This document shows positions 49,101-63,976 of a stretch of 64,000 nucleotides of DNA, in pieces. Each line of letters opens with the position of its first letter. Position 1 is the first letter of the stretch. Below the pieces are notes generated by a model. It made no database searches and had not been told where the DNA came from. It saw nothing but the letters and a program-made list of their open reading frames with translations. Origin of the DNA: Leucoraja erinacea (lineage: Eukaryota); contig NC_073394.1 of assembly GCF_028641065.1 (NCBI RefSeq), forward strand, positions 16,554,001 to 16,618,000, written 5' to 3'. Both the position numbers and the translations under genes were made by a program.

Positions 49101-50373
49101 TCTTGTCTTTACATTCATTTGCTCGCAGGTTTATGGCAGTAAGCCGAACGTAAAATGTTGGTGTCAAAGTAGCGTAGAAAGGAATCTTCAAATTAGCTTA
49201 TCATTTAAAGAATATAAAATATTGAAGGCACCGAGTGAGTTATTTTATCTTTGGAAAGAGTAAATATGATAGAGTTCTATTGGAAATGTCCGATTTTGAA
49301 AACCGATGTACCTTTTCCGAAATCAAGATGTAATATTCAACGGTGATTTTCTTCATTATACTCGCATATTAAAATGAAAATTCTTTAAAAAAAAAAATGT
49401 TATCTAAGAAAAGCAGTGAATCTAAGGATTGGCAGCATTTTGAAATTCTACAAAGGATGACCAATAAATTACTATAGATACAGGAAAACAGAAACACATG
49501 AAACTGATTATAAGAACCGTAGTTATGTAGATAGGAAAAGATTAGGTGAGTGGAAATTAGGGTCTGGCACAGACCGAGATGGAGAAGTTACATTGAATTG
49601 GGTTAAGAATACTAGAAAATTCTATTCTATTCTCTTTTCTATTTATCATCTTAGAGCAAGTTACATAAATTCTACCAGAAAATTTATAGGCTAAAAAGGT
49701 GGTGCAAATAAGAAAGCAAAAGAAAATTATGCATAAAGAAATATTACTAGAGAAGTATTTATGAGCTGAAAATGTAGGTTCGGAGCACCTGATGATTTAC
49801 ATCCCAGAGGTTTTGGAGAAGTGACTGTCTAAACACACTGGCATGTAAATGATGATGTAACCTCTAGTTGTCATATTACAAAGTTTTGTAGATTCTGGAA
49901 CAATTTGTGCAAAATTTGAGGGTAGCAAATGTGACTCCACTATTTAAGAAAGAAACAAGAGGTAAAATGAAGAATTACCTGACTAAAGTTGTTAAGTGGG
50001 ATAGGTTAAGTAGCTTTTTCTAACCATCACATAAATGATGGACTAAAAGATCCTTGTGCATGATACTACTTCTTATTGAGTCCATATCACAAGATTACAA
50101 ATTGTTCAGACAGAGCTGAACACACTTATCAGCATCTGCAAACAATGGCGTCTTGCGCTTCTTGTGAGTAGTGGTGGAAAGATAGGTGGAAACAGGGCCA
50201 TGACGTGAACGCTCTTTCCTTGACCCCTGCATGATACTGAATGTATGATATAGGGTGTTTGTGTTTTTAGACAAAACAACTTACCAAATATAATATGGTG
50301 ATATTTTGCAATATAGGGGGAAAAAATGGTATTATGAATTTTATTCCCATAGGATCTGATTGTGCCAGTTATT

Positions 50374-53300
50374 ATGGAGCCAGCGAGTGACATGGGAGGT
50401 GCAACCATTGCCGGTTCAACTGAAGAGAGTTATTTTATGAGCTATACCTTCACAGACAGATTACACTCTGTCCGAGTTGCTCAGAGCATAATGGATCTGT
50501 GTCTTGAAGACAGGTTGTTTGCAGATGTTACCATCTCTGTGGAAGGTAAAGAATTCCAGCTTCATAGGCTAGTTCTTTCTGCTCAGAGCTGCTTCTTCCG
50601 CTCCATGTTCACCTCTAATTTGAAGGAAGCTCACAATGATGTTATAGAATTAAAAGATGTGAATGCGAGCGTTTTCCAGCTCCTTGTGGACTATATCTAC
50701 CGGGGAACTGTAAAACTAAGAGTGGAGGACCTTCAGGAAACATATGAAGTGGCGGATATGTACCAATTGACCTCGCTTTTTGAAGAATGCTCTCGGTTTC
50801 TGGCTCGGACAGTTGATATCAGGAACTGTTTACAAGTCATGTGTTTAGCAGATCAGCACAGTGACCAGAAACTGTATACTGCGGCAAAACAGTGTGCAAA
50901 AACACACCTGGCCCAGCTTCACAAGACGGAAGATTTTGTGAAACTGCCCATTAGATTGTTCACGGACATCATTAAAGGTATGTGCTTATCTAACATTTCA
51001 CACGATGGGGACATTTAAACATTTTATTAATTAAAGGAATATATGGGAGAAAATGTATATGCTGTCCAAAATCTAAGATAATTTTACCAGGAGGCTAGGC
51101 CTTTTATGTAACAAATAATGGTGCAGCCTTTCTAGAGAAGAAAAAATGTTCATATTTATTCCTGTATTCTGCAGCAATTGCATTTTATATATACATTTTT
51201 TAATAAATAGTTTTTTCAATTTAGTCTTGGAAATTATGTGATCCTAAATATGCAGCTAACTTCAGGTTTTTAAAAAAATATTTTTACATTTTTATTTTGA
51301 GCTGAAACTTACTAATGACAGGAGTATACAAAACAGGATTGATTATTACTATTAAAATTTATTTGAATGTGTCATGGTGTGATTAAAATAAATAAGTAAA
51401 TAAATCCCTCTTACACAAGAAAACAATAATTAATTTAATTGGCCCTTGAGGATATTGACCAATTAATCAATTTCCTGAAAGACTAATTAAATGCCTTTAA
51501 TGCGTGTCTGAACGTTAAAAAAATGAGACCCATTCTATTATTTTCTAATTAAGCTGTTTATTTAGTTGGCCATGCCAGTTCTGACTCTTTGGAAGAGCTG
51601 TCAAATTAGTCTCTTGTTTTTATTTCCATCAATCCAAACGTTCCATTTTCAATTATATACACAATTCCCATCAGAATGTGCAGATAAATTTGCTTCTATC
51701 ACTTTTCCAGACAGTGTTTTCTAATTAATAACACTACCTCACAAAAATAATCCTTTTGACAGCATCCATTGATTATCAGCCTGCCAATATAAATTGTTTT
51801 TCCTCTTGATGATTTTGAATAACTTTGAAACCTTCCTGTAACCTCTTCACTCAAGGAACATACCTAATGTAACTAGTCATTCCAAGTAATTGAACCCTCT
51901 CATTCCTAGTTTCATTCTAACGTAATTACTCTGTTCCTATTCCAAAGGCTTGATGGCATTTTGCAAACTAATTAAGCTGATTACTCTCCTGGTTTACCAT
52001 TTCATAATCGTAATAATAATCATACTTTATTAGCCAAGTATGTTTTGCAACATTAGAGGAATTTGATTTTGGGAGTCAAATACTGTCAAAATCATTCAAC
52101 TTGTTATTATAGAGGAAACTGAATGTTTCTTGAAGAAGTCTCGACCTGAAATGTCACCCATTCTTTTTCTCCAGAGATGCTGTCTGACCCGCTGAGTTAC
52201 TCCAGCTTTTTGTGTCTATCTTCGGTTTAAACCAGCATCTGCAGTTCCTTCTAGACAAACTGAATGTTTTATTGGGTGGACTTCCTTTGAATTAAATGTA
52301 TTGCATTCACTTATCTAAAATAGGCGCACAATCTACAGCTTTCAGCTTGCCAAAAAAGTTTTGACAAACAAGGATATTAATGGTCTACTGATTTAAGCAC
52401 TTTGAAAAGTAGAATAGTTGACTCTATAATTTTTGTTACGAATCAATTACTTTTGGAAATATGTGCAACACTTTAATACAGTACAGGAAACTGATTAATT
52501 ACAGATGTCTGAAGATTAACCAGGATGAAGGGCAGTAAACAAAGCCATTTAATGTGCTTCCAAGTGTATCTTGCTTTATTTAGTCTAGGTATTTAGTCCC
52601 AAAATCTACAAGGATGTACAAATAATAGGATTAATGAATACATTAGTTTCCTTGATTTTGTTTTCCGCAACAGGAATGAGAGATAGTAGAATTATGTCAC
52701 AAGAAACTGCAGATGCTGCCAGTCTTGAGCAAAAGACAAAGTGCTGGAGGAATTCAGCATGAGAGGCAGTATCTGTGGAGGGAATAGTCAGACCACGTTT
52801 AAGGTCAGGACCCTTCTTCAGACCCAAATCAAAGCAACAGTGGAAAGATTTTCTATTTCACCAAAATCAGGCTAGCATGGCCAGGGAGCTGATATTGTCA
52901 GTAGACCCTGTCATTTCCAAAGTCATAACTATTTAGCCTGAGTAATGGAGTAATGGAGATGCCAGCACTAACTGGGTTACAGCTGGGTTACAGTTCCTCT
53001 TTAGAAGGGCAGTGATGCAAAAATTGTTCATGGGTCTGCAGAAAAATGCTTGCCAGACTTTCTTACAACGTTTGCTTACTGCAGCATTTGATCCCTGCAA
53101 TGCCATCTCCTCGCATGTCATGGACATAATGTGTTGGGAGATTGAGGAAGCAACAGTGGACTTCTGACTAACATTAAAAATTCACATTTACGAGGACCTG
53201 CGCTATAGGGAGAGGTTCGACAAGTTAGGACTTTATTCCTTGGAGTGCAGGATGCTAAAGGATAAGTTTCTAAAGGTGTATAAAATAATGAGGGGAACAG

Positions 53301-56017
53301 ATAGAATGAATGGACAGAGTTGTTTTCCCAGTATAGGAGAATGGAGAACTAGAGAGCATAAGCTTAGTGGGGAAAGATTTAACAGGATAATGAGGGGGCA
53401 ATGTTTTCACATGGTGGGTGCATGGAACAAAGTGACAGATGAAGTAATTAAGTCGGGTACAACAGTATTTTAAAGACATTTGGACCATTTCATGGATAGG
53501 TAAGGTTTAGAAGGATATATAGTGTGGAAACAGACCCTTTGGCCCAACTTGCCCACACAGGCCAACATGTCCCAGCTACACTATTCCCACCTGCCCGTGT
53601 TTGGTTCGTATCCTTCCAAACCTGTCCTATCCATGTTTCTTAAATGTTCAGATAGTTCCTGCCTCAACTACCTCCCCTGGCAGCTTGTTCCATACACCTT
53701 CCATTGTGTGAAAAAGTTACCCCTCAGATTCCTGTTAAATCTTTTCTCCTTCACCTTAAACCTATGTCCTCTGGTCCTCGATTCACCAACTCTGTGCAAG
53801 AGACTCGGTGCATCTTCCTGATCTATTCTTCTCATATGAGCCAGGCAAATCAGACAAGCTGAGATGGGGCATCTTAGTATGCAAGGATGATTTGGGCTGA
53901 AGGGCCTGTGCTGTGTGTTTAAGCCTATATCAAGGCTTACTTCCAAAATACCTTGGTGGAGTCCTAGACAAGAACAATTGGGTCAGTAGTCTGTAGTCCT
54001 GAGCCACAGTCTGGACTCTAGTTATAAATAATAGGAAGATTCAAAACAATAACATTTTCTTTTATGATACTCTAGATGGCGTTCCCAGCTCCCAGAAACC
54101 AGCCAAAGCGATAGAAACCTGGATTGACCATGACAAGGAAGAGCGAGTACAATACTCTGAGAACCTGTTATCCAGTTTAAAGGTACTGTACATTAAAACC
54201 AATAAGTGTAAATGTTTCAACGGAAATAGAAATGTACTGAAACTAAAATTACTTACCAGTGCAAAACTCAAGACAAACTTCACAGATCCAGGGATCTAAC
54301 CTCAAGTGTTATCTGTGTGGAATTGGTTGCACTTGATTCTCCAGTTTCCTCCTTTGTCCAAAAAATTTGCTTGTTGGTTAAATTACTCTTCTAAATTTCC
54401 CCAGATTGTCAAATACACCAGGATGCAATGAAATTCCTTATTTACATGACGGTAACAGAATAAACAGTGTACATACAATAGTGATAAATACAGCAATTAA
54501 TACAATTCCAAGTGTAAATCAGCAGAATATTATTGCTGGTATAGGTGAGTGGCAGGAGATTGAGGGAGACCCATAGGAATGTGAAAACAGATAGCTTACA
54601 AGATGATAAACAGGAGAATGAGTGATTGGGTGCTCTCTGAAAGTTAAGGTTGATGGGCTGAATGGCGAATGTGAGAAACATTTTATATTTTGTATTTATA
54701 TTTTGTTTATTTTATATTTATATTTTATATAGTTTATATTTTGATTGGATCTTCCTTGTCACTGCTACCATTGTCAACAAGAGAAACAAAACTGTAGGAT
54801 ATAATTACTTCTAAATTTTTCTGTGTCACATCACAATATTTGGGCCTGTTTTGTTTCTGTTTGATCAATATCTAGGAATTTCCTGCCCACATGTTAAAAT
54901 ACAGCTATCATAAGAAAAAGAGCTCTTCAAACTCTGGCAACTGAAGATGAATAATAAATTCAGCCACCTTAACATCACTCACATTCCAACAATCATGTTT
55001 GCAGGGAAAAACTCGCCTAAGTGGAACCGGCCCATTAATCATTCAATCTAAAGATAAGCTTCTGGTGTATGTCCAATAATAAGTTTTGCCTTCAATTGCA
55101 TTTATTTAAGCTTGTTAAATAAATACCAAAATAACAATGTTATTTTATATTTCAAACAGGAAATTGGTGAAATAGTTCATATTTATCTGATTGGAAAGGA
55201 AGACACACGGACACACTCACTGGCTGTTTCTTTGCACTGTGATGATGATGCTATCAGTGTCAGTGGACAAAATAGATTACGACAGCAGATTACCGCTGCA
55301 TGCAAGCATGGAAGTGACCTGTATGTTGTGGGTGGCCCTATCCCACGTCGGATGTGGAAATGCAACATGGAGACAATGGACTGGGAACAATGCGCATCAC
55401 TACCAAGAGATCGCCTGCAGCACACGCTTGTATCTGTCCCAAGTGAAGATGCCATTTACTCATTGGGTGGAAAAACCCTTCAGGATACGCTCTCCAGTGC
55501 TGTTATTTATTATGTGGTCTGTGATAATGTGTGGGTCGAAACAAATCAGCTGGACACTGCAGTGTCATGCGCGGCTGGTGTTAACCTTAATGGAACTATC
55601 TATCTACTGGGTGGGGAAGAGAATGACCTGGACTTCTTTACCAAACCATCGCGTCTCATCCAGTGTTTTGACACAGGTACCAGAATGTGCCAGTTAAAGT
55701 CGTATCTCCTCCCTTTTGCAGGCCGTATGCATGCTGCTATTCACAAAGACCTGATTTTTATTGTAGCTGAGGGAGATTCCTTGGTATGTTACAATCCACT
55801 GCTTGACAGCTTTACCAGACTGCGATTCCCAGAGGTTTGGAGTCGTGTGCCCTCCCTGTGGAAGATTGCTAGCTGCAATGGTTATATTTATGTTTTCAGG
55901 GATAAGTGCAAAAAGGGTGATGCCAATACATTAAAATTGAACCCAGCCACTTCTGTGGTCTCTGTGATAAGTGGAATTGAGATATTGCTGACAAATTGGC
56001 AATTTGTTTTGGCATGA
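50374..56017 (+). CDS. KBTBD4: Kelch repeat and BTB domain-containing protein 4, about 522 aa from ATG 50374
   Basis: Coding exons 50374-50977 (acceptor at 50353; BTB LFADVTISVEGKEFQLHRLVLSAQSCFFRSMF), 54076-54182 (DGVPSSQKPAKAIETWIDHDKEER) and 55160-56017 (kelch repeats, GGPIPRRMW, ending QFVLA*). Exon 1 is probably in the CpG island but was not pinned down. Confidence 0.96.
53185..53910. mobile_element. Opposed CR1 3'-end remnants in KBTBD4 intron
   Basis: Plus remnant about 53185-53520 and minus remnant about 53520-53840 ([29 protein letters not shown]). Confidence 0.75.
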
Positions 56018-59000
56018 ATCTAACCAAATACTGACTAAACATGCAGTAATATAGATTTCAGGACAGTTTTGCATTATGAAAATTTATAAAGATTGAATGT
56101 CGCAATTTAATCAGTATTTCAGTCAACCTATCATCTTTTTTCAAAAGCTGATAGTGATCGATTACTGTATATATCAGGCCAACATAGAATTTAATTGCAA
56201 TTTTTAGGTACTTGTTGGCCACAAAATTATTTTTTTAAACTTCTGCAATTAACAAAACTTCAGTACTTGTTTTGTTTTCTAATATGTTAATTGACTGAAC
56301 AATCCCATAAATATTTTGACATGTTCTATCTTTAAAACTGGGGCAGTACTAAAAGAACCAACAAAATGCAAATCTAAATTAGATTGACACGTTATACACA
56401 AATATTTCCAACAAAGTACATGACATTGTTAAACATAATGAAATGTCAGTTACTTACAAAAAAATGAACCACAAATAAATAATGTGTTTATATAGCAGTA
56501 TGTGCTCTAACAAATGCAGTCTTGTTGTTTTAAACTTGTATTGGGGATGTTTCTTTATGTCATTGTAGATGGGTAATTATTTAAATCTAAAACATTTATT
56601 AATATACATAGTTTATTTACAATATGATTTCACTTAAGTACATTGTTTGTAATGATCTTGTGGAACTGTACTCTTCACCTTTAAATAATTGGTAGTTTGC
56701 ATCCATAGTACCAACACCTACAAGTTTTTAATTTGCTAAGTTTTCTAATGTTCTCATTTCTCATAGCATGTTCCTATCACTTTAGCTTGGAGTAGTGCGT
56801 AATACAGAGCAAAAGGGGGCAAAAATGGTAAACAGAATTATGGAAAGAGTTGATTTGCTGTTAAGTCAGCTTTGCTAATTTTCCATGAGATGAAAAATTC
56901 CAGTATCTGAAGATTTAAATTCACTCAATCTCACAAAGGAGGCAGAATATGTGTTCATGAGGCAAGTCAGTGACCTTTTATTATCAATAGAATGCGTCAA
57001 GATTGTTACATGTTACCCATACAAAATAAGATCAGACACCATGCCAATACTAGGTTTTAAGAATGCAAACTAGATTTGACTAAACGTACTATTTTACTAC
57101 ATAAACTTTTACTTTGACTGCCCTTGGTGAGTTTAAAAATCTACTTCATGGCCCATCTATCAGTAAAATAAGCAAGTCCATGAGGGTATTGTTGCAATCA
57201 TTTAGTATTTGCCTTATTCTCTACTCAAGAGCTATTTGGATGAAGTATTTTTTAACCAAAATAACAAGTTAACATTTTAAAGAAAAATTTTAAAAAGTTA
57301 ATTTATTTATTTTCATACTTTCTTATTATAGTACAACAGTGCATAATTGGCTCTTAACCTTGCAGAAAGGCAAAATCCTCCTTTGATCACACTTCTCGAA
57401 TGACAGCTCCGGAGAAAACACATGAACCTCCTTCTTAGAAGATGATTTGCTAGCACTTTAATCAACGCCATTGCAAAGTTGAATTACCGGCATGGGAGAA
57501 AATGAAAGTTACTGAATTGTTTTAAAACCCATTTTATTCCCTAATAGCTTTTAGGTTTATTATTTAGGTTTATTATTGGCCAGCTGTACTCATTCTTAAC
57601 AAACGCTGATGCCTTAGAAACATAAATAGGTGCAGGTGTAGGCCATTCGGCCCTTTGAGCCAGCACCGCCATTCAATATGATCATGGCTGATTATCCAAA
57701 ATCAGTACCCTGTTCTGGCTTTTTCCCCATAACTCGCTTAAAAACACTTTAACAACTAATAGATCTTATGCAGCTGGACATGAACAATAAGTACATTCTT
57801 GCCCGCTCCATCCAACTCCAGGAACAAATAGAATTAAAGAAAGGTGATCAACAATGTCACCAATCAGAATCCGAAGAGTTTCTGGTGATGGAACAAAATG
57901 ACAATAGATCAATCTACTCGTTTGCTTCATTATACCAGTGACATTTGAGATGTAGCTTACAGGGTTTCTTAATCGGCTTTATAGCCTCAGAAAGGTCCCT
58001 CATATAAATTCACAACCCATATTCAGGCTCATTCCCTCGAACTTGCCAGCCAAATGAAAATGCATTTTCCTGATCCCATTCTAATCTATTTAATCGGATC
58101 TAAAAAATGTAATGCAATTACTTCTCTTTGCCTACCAAAAATGTTACCTCGATTTCCAACCAGGATCTATTCCAGGTATCCCATTTCTCACCTCCATGGT
58201 GTCCCTAAGAAACATTAGAAAAAACATCACTTTCCACATGTGTGATGCTCCACAGAAACGTCCCATAACTACACATTGGGAATACAGTCATTGTGTCACT
58301 TTGTAGCTACTGACTCCATCTTCCCTATGAAACTGTCTACAGCTATAGTATCATATTTGAATCTTGGATGAACCTCAGACCACAGATTTGGACCATCCCT
58401 AGGGCAGCATATTTCAGCTTCCACTACATGATTTCATTCCACTCTGGCCTCTGCTTAGCCGTAATATTTGTTACCATTTCAACTCTGTTCTAGTCAGCCT
58501 TTCCTCCTTACACTCTGAAAACACGACATAACGCGATGTCTCAATCACCCACCATCCATTACTTTCGGACTTTGGCTCCTGGTTAGCCAAAGCCTTGATC
58601 TTAAAATACTACTTAATTTCAAATCCTTCCTTTACCTCATCCTCCCTATTTTTATAATCTTATTTTTTTACAATCCTGAGAGATATTATTGGTATAAGGT
58701 ATCAGCTTGAAATCTGGACTTTATGTCATCTACAAATTTAATCACCATTATTGGTCACTTTAGGCAACCAAAACCTGAGCTCTGAAATTCCTTCCCTAAA
58801 CAACACTTTCATTCTTTCCTCTCTTAATATGCTTTAAAATTTCTTTAACCAAGGTTTTCATTCATCTGTCCTCATAGCTCTTGCAATTCTTGAAACATTT
58901 TATTTGATAGCATTCCAAAAGGCACATTTGAATATTTAAATGTTAAAGGTGTTATATGGCACATTGTTGTATATAAATTCAAGTTCCTTGCAACATTGTA

Positions 59001-61275
59001 TTCATCTTGCTGTTGTTATTTGCTGTGTTAATGGTTTTATATACCCTAACTCCAGATTAAATGTACAATTTAATCATGAGATTTCATGTATCTTTTTTCA
59101 AAATACACGTTATATAAAAATGCGTATTAAAAGCACATTTTTGAAATTACACAAGAGAATGTACGATATCTTTTTAGATATATTTAAAACCAGTTGCCTT
59201 ATTCTGACAAGTCATTGCTAGAGGGTTAGCTTAGAGATACATTATGGAAACAGGCCCTTTGACCCACTGTGTCCACTCCGACCATCGATCACCCATTCAC
59301 ACTAGTTCTGTTATCCCACTTTCTCCTACACACTAGGGACAATTTACAGTGGCCAATTAACCTATAAACCCACACGACTTTGGGATGTGGGAGGAAACCG
59401 GAGGATACCCATGAGATCTGAATGTGCAAACTTGTTACAGACAGCAGGCATAGTGCCGCAGCAGTGGAGCTGCTGCCGCAGAGCGCCAGAGACCCAGGTT
59501 CAATCCTAACTACAGGAGCTGTTTGTGTGGTGTTTACACATTCTCCCTGTGATCACATGGGATTCCTCCAGGTGCTCCAGGTTCCATATACCAAATACGA
59601 GCAGGTTTGTAAGTTAATTGGCTTCTGTAAATTGCCTCTAGTGTGTAGGTTGCAAAAGTGGGATAACATAACACCAGTGTACGCATGATAGTCGGCATGG
59701 ACTCAGTAGGCTGAAGGCCTCCATACTGTACATCTAAATTAAAACTGCAAGCAAGATCAGGATGGAACCCTGATCTCTGGCATTGTGGGACAGCATTTCT
59801 ACCAGCTGTGCCACTGTGCTACCCTAAGTTGTGGCAAACACTTGTTATATGCAATTGGATATTAGATCAAAGGAAATAGTATTATTGCAACTGTCTATAA
59901 TTAAAGTATAGACTTAAAAGTATCCAAACTTCAAACTGAGTCCCATTGGGTGACTATAAGTAAACTATAGAATTATACAATAACAGACTTTGAGGATCTG
60001 AATATTAATGCTTCTACCAAGTTGCTGGAATAAATCATTCCACAATATTGGAATACTACAACACAGGAGTGCGTATATATATTTAATATTGATTCCCAGC
60101 CATCAGACACAGAAAATATTTTTATCAAACAGGCATCCATCAAAAGCAAAAGAAGGAACATTTACAATAGTTTGGGATTACTCTAGATATGTTAATTGTA
60201 ACTCCAAAGTGCCAATTAAATATTTGTTAAGACTGATGAAAGGTGCAATAATGTTTTATAACAAACTTAGATGCCTCAAATGCCTTCATATATCTTTTTC
60301 ATTGATATAAGATGGTTCGAACTGGTGAGATCAAATTCCCTTGTCAGATAGTCTCACGGGAAAAGCTTTTAAATGGTCTCAACTTGATATCTAGTATAAA
60401 AACATTCCACATATACAAAGCTATTTAACTGTTGGAATAAAGATGTATTTTTTTTAATAACACTTTAAAACACTTTTTTTGCATAACACTTCCCATTTGA
60501 AAATACATTATAGAATGTTATATTCACATATATATCCAATGCTTTCAAAGAACTCTAAATGTCCACAAAAAAAATCAAAATTTCCTGCTCATACCTGCAA
60601 TTTAAGAAACATCTAATTTTACCATACACAAATAACTGATGTGTAAATGTATTTATTTATCATTGTATCACAACAGTTATTTTGTACATTAATATATCAA
60701 ACCTTTTTATTTTATAAAAATGTATTTGTCGGAATAATTCTGCAGTTCCAAATTCTCAACAAAAGTGCAATTTAAGCAGCCCTGTTTGGGTACATGAAAT
60801 TATGGAATTAATCCCTTTCATATAACATTTACAATCATATAAATAACAAAAATATTTGGTTTATTTCAAGACTGAAGATAACAACTTGGTTTCATGAACA
60901 AACAATATGGAAAATGTATTTTTACTGGCACAAGATGATAGTGATTTTGAAACACTGCAATGTAGCAGTTACTATACAGTGTTCAGAGAGCTAGCATGGT
61001 ATTTTCCCTGAAATTAACTATTTTAACATTTTAAATTATTTAGCACAATCTATAAATAGCAAACATTTCAACAAAATAAATAGTTCAAAATAGAGATAGT
61101 TTTATCAGTACATCCAGAACAAAACTTCTCCAATTATGTACAAGAGTGAACAAAGATCAATTCATGACTAAAATCCGGTGATGACCAGAACCCAGCTGTA
61201 ACTCTCTTTTGTTGATTTCTATCAATAGGAATCACTTTTAGTAATTAGTGTATCAAAGGCCAGAACCAGAATGCT

Positions 61276-63133
61276 TTACGATTTGAAAGCAGTACTTCTT
61301 GTTTCATACAAGATATCAGGATCCTCTGAGAATATTTCACGATAATAGTTCCTCAGAATCTTAAATTGTCCACTGCGAATAATAATGCGAGGTCTGATAG
61401 ATGCTAGATATTCACATGCCCTCTTTGGATTCCAGTGATGCAGCTAAAAATAAATTTGGAACAGTTATAAAAGGATTATTTTCTAAACATGATTAAATAA
61501 ACTTAAAAATGCTATAGCTCAATGTATTCAATATCATTACTTTACACAAATGAATGAAAACTTAGATTGATCAAATATTTGTTATTAGAGACAAAAAATT
61601 CCATGCACTTACTCATACTAAAACAGAGGGGAATATTTGGCAGCAGAAGACAATGTTACAATTGTGCCTGAGTACTGGCTTGAAGTTGGTGGAGTTGTGG
61701 GAAACAGGAAGCTGCAGAAATCCATTTTGGATATGAAAAGGACAACCCGATATAATCGTATTTTGTTTAGCTTAGTTTTGAGATACAGCGTGGAAACAGG
61801 CCTTTTCCGATCACCGGTCCGTGCCAATCAGCGATCCCTACACATTAACACTATCCAATACCCACTAGGGACAATTATTTTACATTTACCAAGCCAATTA
61901 ACCTATATACCTGTAAGTCTTTGGAGTGTGGGAGGAAACCGAAGATCTCGGAGAAAACACACGCAGGTCACGGGGAGAACGTACAAACTCTGTACAGACA
62001 GTATCTGTAGTCAGGATGGAACCCGGGTCTCCAGCATTGCATTCGCTGTAAGGCAGCAACTCTACCGCTGTGCCATCGTATGGAACGACATGGGACAGGA
62101 TTGCAAAACATTTCTGCCTGGTCAAAACTATCTAACTACAGCAATTTCAAGGGACACACATTAATAAACTTAATAAAGAATAACAGTATATACTGTAGGT
62201 CACAATTGCAGCATTGTTCTGCAAATATACTATGCATTAGAATTGAAGAAATGAAAGAGTTTAATTAGAATATCAGCTTATGATCCAAATGAAAACATCC
62301 TGACAGAAATGAGAATTACAAATTCCTCCTAATATAAATAATTTTGGACATAAGAACCCAATGAATAATATGGGATGGTTGATGCATTCCATATGTTCCA
62401 ACTTGCCAAAATTAGAATTAGGAGTTGAAGACTCAATCCTATGAACGAAAATGTCAAGTGTATCAATTAAAAGAATGCACCTGGCACAAGATTTTAGGTA
62501 TACTCAAAAAAGCCTTACAGCCATACAAAGTAATTCTAGCAGTAGGTTTCCCAATTGATCTTTGGAAAGCTAGCCTTCATCCAGATAACCTATTCTTTGT
62601 ACTACATTAAAAATATGCCATTATTTGGAGCAAAGCCAAATTTTTGCATTCAAACTTGCAATTGTAAAATTGAGATTTAGAAGCTAAACATCTTGTGCTA
62701 AGATTAAACTTAATATGGTTTAACACTGAAGTTTCACTAATTATAAACAATTAGAACGTGATATAGCAAATCTATAAAGTTGAATTGCTGATGTAACTTT
62801 GGGTAGATACCAAACTTAAAAAATTATGTTGACCCCACTGTTGTAAATCCCATGATTTTAGCATCAAACTGCCTCAGAACACAGATATAAATAAAGCTGT
62901 TGCACATTTACGGTTATAAGATTCAGCATCAGTCAACATACGTGAATTAAGTATGCTGCCACCATCGTGGCACTACGGGAGCGTCCAGCCTTGCAGTGCA
63001 CATAGACACAACTTCCATTTTGGTGATATTTAGAAATGAAATCAACGCCCTTTTTGAGGTCTTCCATTTTCGGGACACCAAATATATCAATTGTGCTGAG
63101 TCTTAACTGTTCAACTCCAACTGACTTCCATTC
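61276..63133 (-). CDS. PTPMT1: Mitochondrial phosphatidylglycerophosphatase, last two exons (5' exons beyond the window)
   Basis: Exon 62942-63133 (EWKSVGVEQLRLSTIDIFG...VYVHCKAGRSRSATMVAAYLIH, intact CX5R). Exon 61276-61443 (LHHWNPKRACEYLASIRPRIIIRSGQ...*). Tail-to-tail with KBTBD4 as in human. Confidence 0.93.
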
Positions 63134-63839
63134 CTGAAACAGAAACTCCACTAGGAAATGTGCAGCGTTGAAATGAAAGCATACAGACAAGCATGTGTTA
63201 TTTTTTTCAATAAATGCTCCACCTTCTGTTAAATCTTAATCTCAGGGTAGAATTTCTCATTGGCTACATCTCCCAAAAGTACTGTATAAATTCTCTACAT
63301 AAAATGATGACACAGTTTCAATTCACCATAACTGGCTCCAAGTTGAAACATTATTTGTCTGACATACAGTACTGGATTTGAAAAAAGAAATTCTTCCAAC
63401 TAAATATTGGAATAGCTAAAAGCTTTACCTTCAGTCTACCTCACATATCCCAAACTTTCTACCCAGTGCGTCTTTCTGCCAACTATCTGAAACGTATCCA
63501 GTGTGTTTGCAACCTCATATCTGACCTAGGTTGGAGCATACATCCATAAAATCACCAAGGCTGGTAGAATCTGTGTTCTTAGATAAAGTTGCTTCCAGTC
63601 ACATGACAAAGTTGCACAATATTAACATGAGTAATAAAGTTCGAACAAATTTACATTAATTGCATTAATTTACCTTGCTCTCTGTAATTGCTTACTGCAA
63701 TATAGAAGTAAATTGAACAAATTTACGAAAAGCAACAACAATAAAAAAAAAATAACTGCTGCTATATAATGGCATTCCAAATGATTACTATATAGTTGCT
63801 GAATATTCTTTCATGTCAGTGAGAACATCTATGTCAGCA

Positions 63840-63976
63840 GAGTCAGGGGATATGGGGAGATTTCAGTAACGGGGTACTGATTGGGGATGATCAGCCATGA
63901 TCACATTGAATGGCGGTGCTGGCTCGAAGCGCCAAATGGCCTATTCCTGCACCTATTGTCTATTGTCTATTGTCTA
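63840..63976 (+). mobile_element. CR1 3' end with (TATTGTC)n tail
   Basis: gatcagccatgatcacattgaatggcggtgctggctcgaag...cctattgtctattgtctattgtcta. Confidence 0.85.

Noticed and set aside
61618-62268. 175-aa plus-strand ORF 61637-62164
   Set aside because: Mostly SINE sequence inside a PTPMT1 intron.
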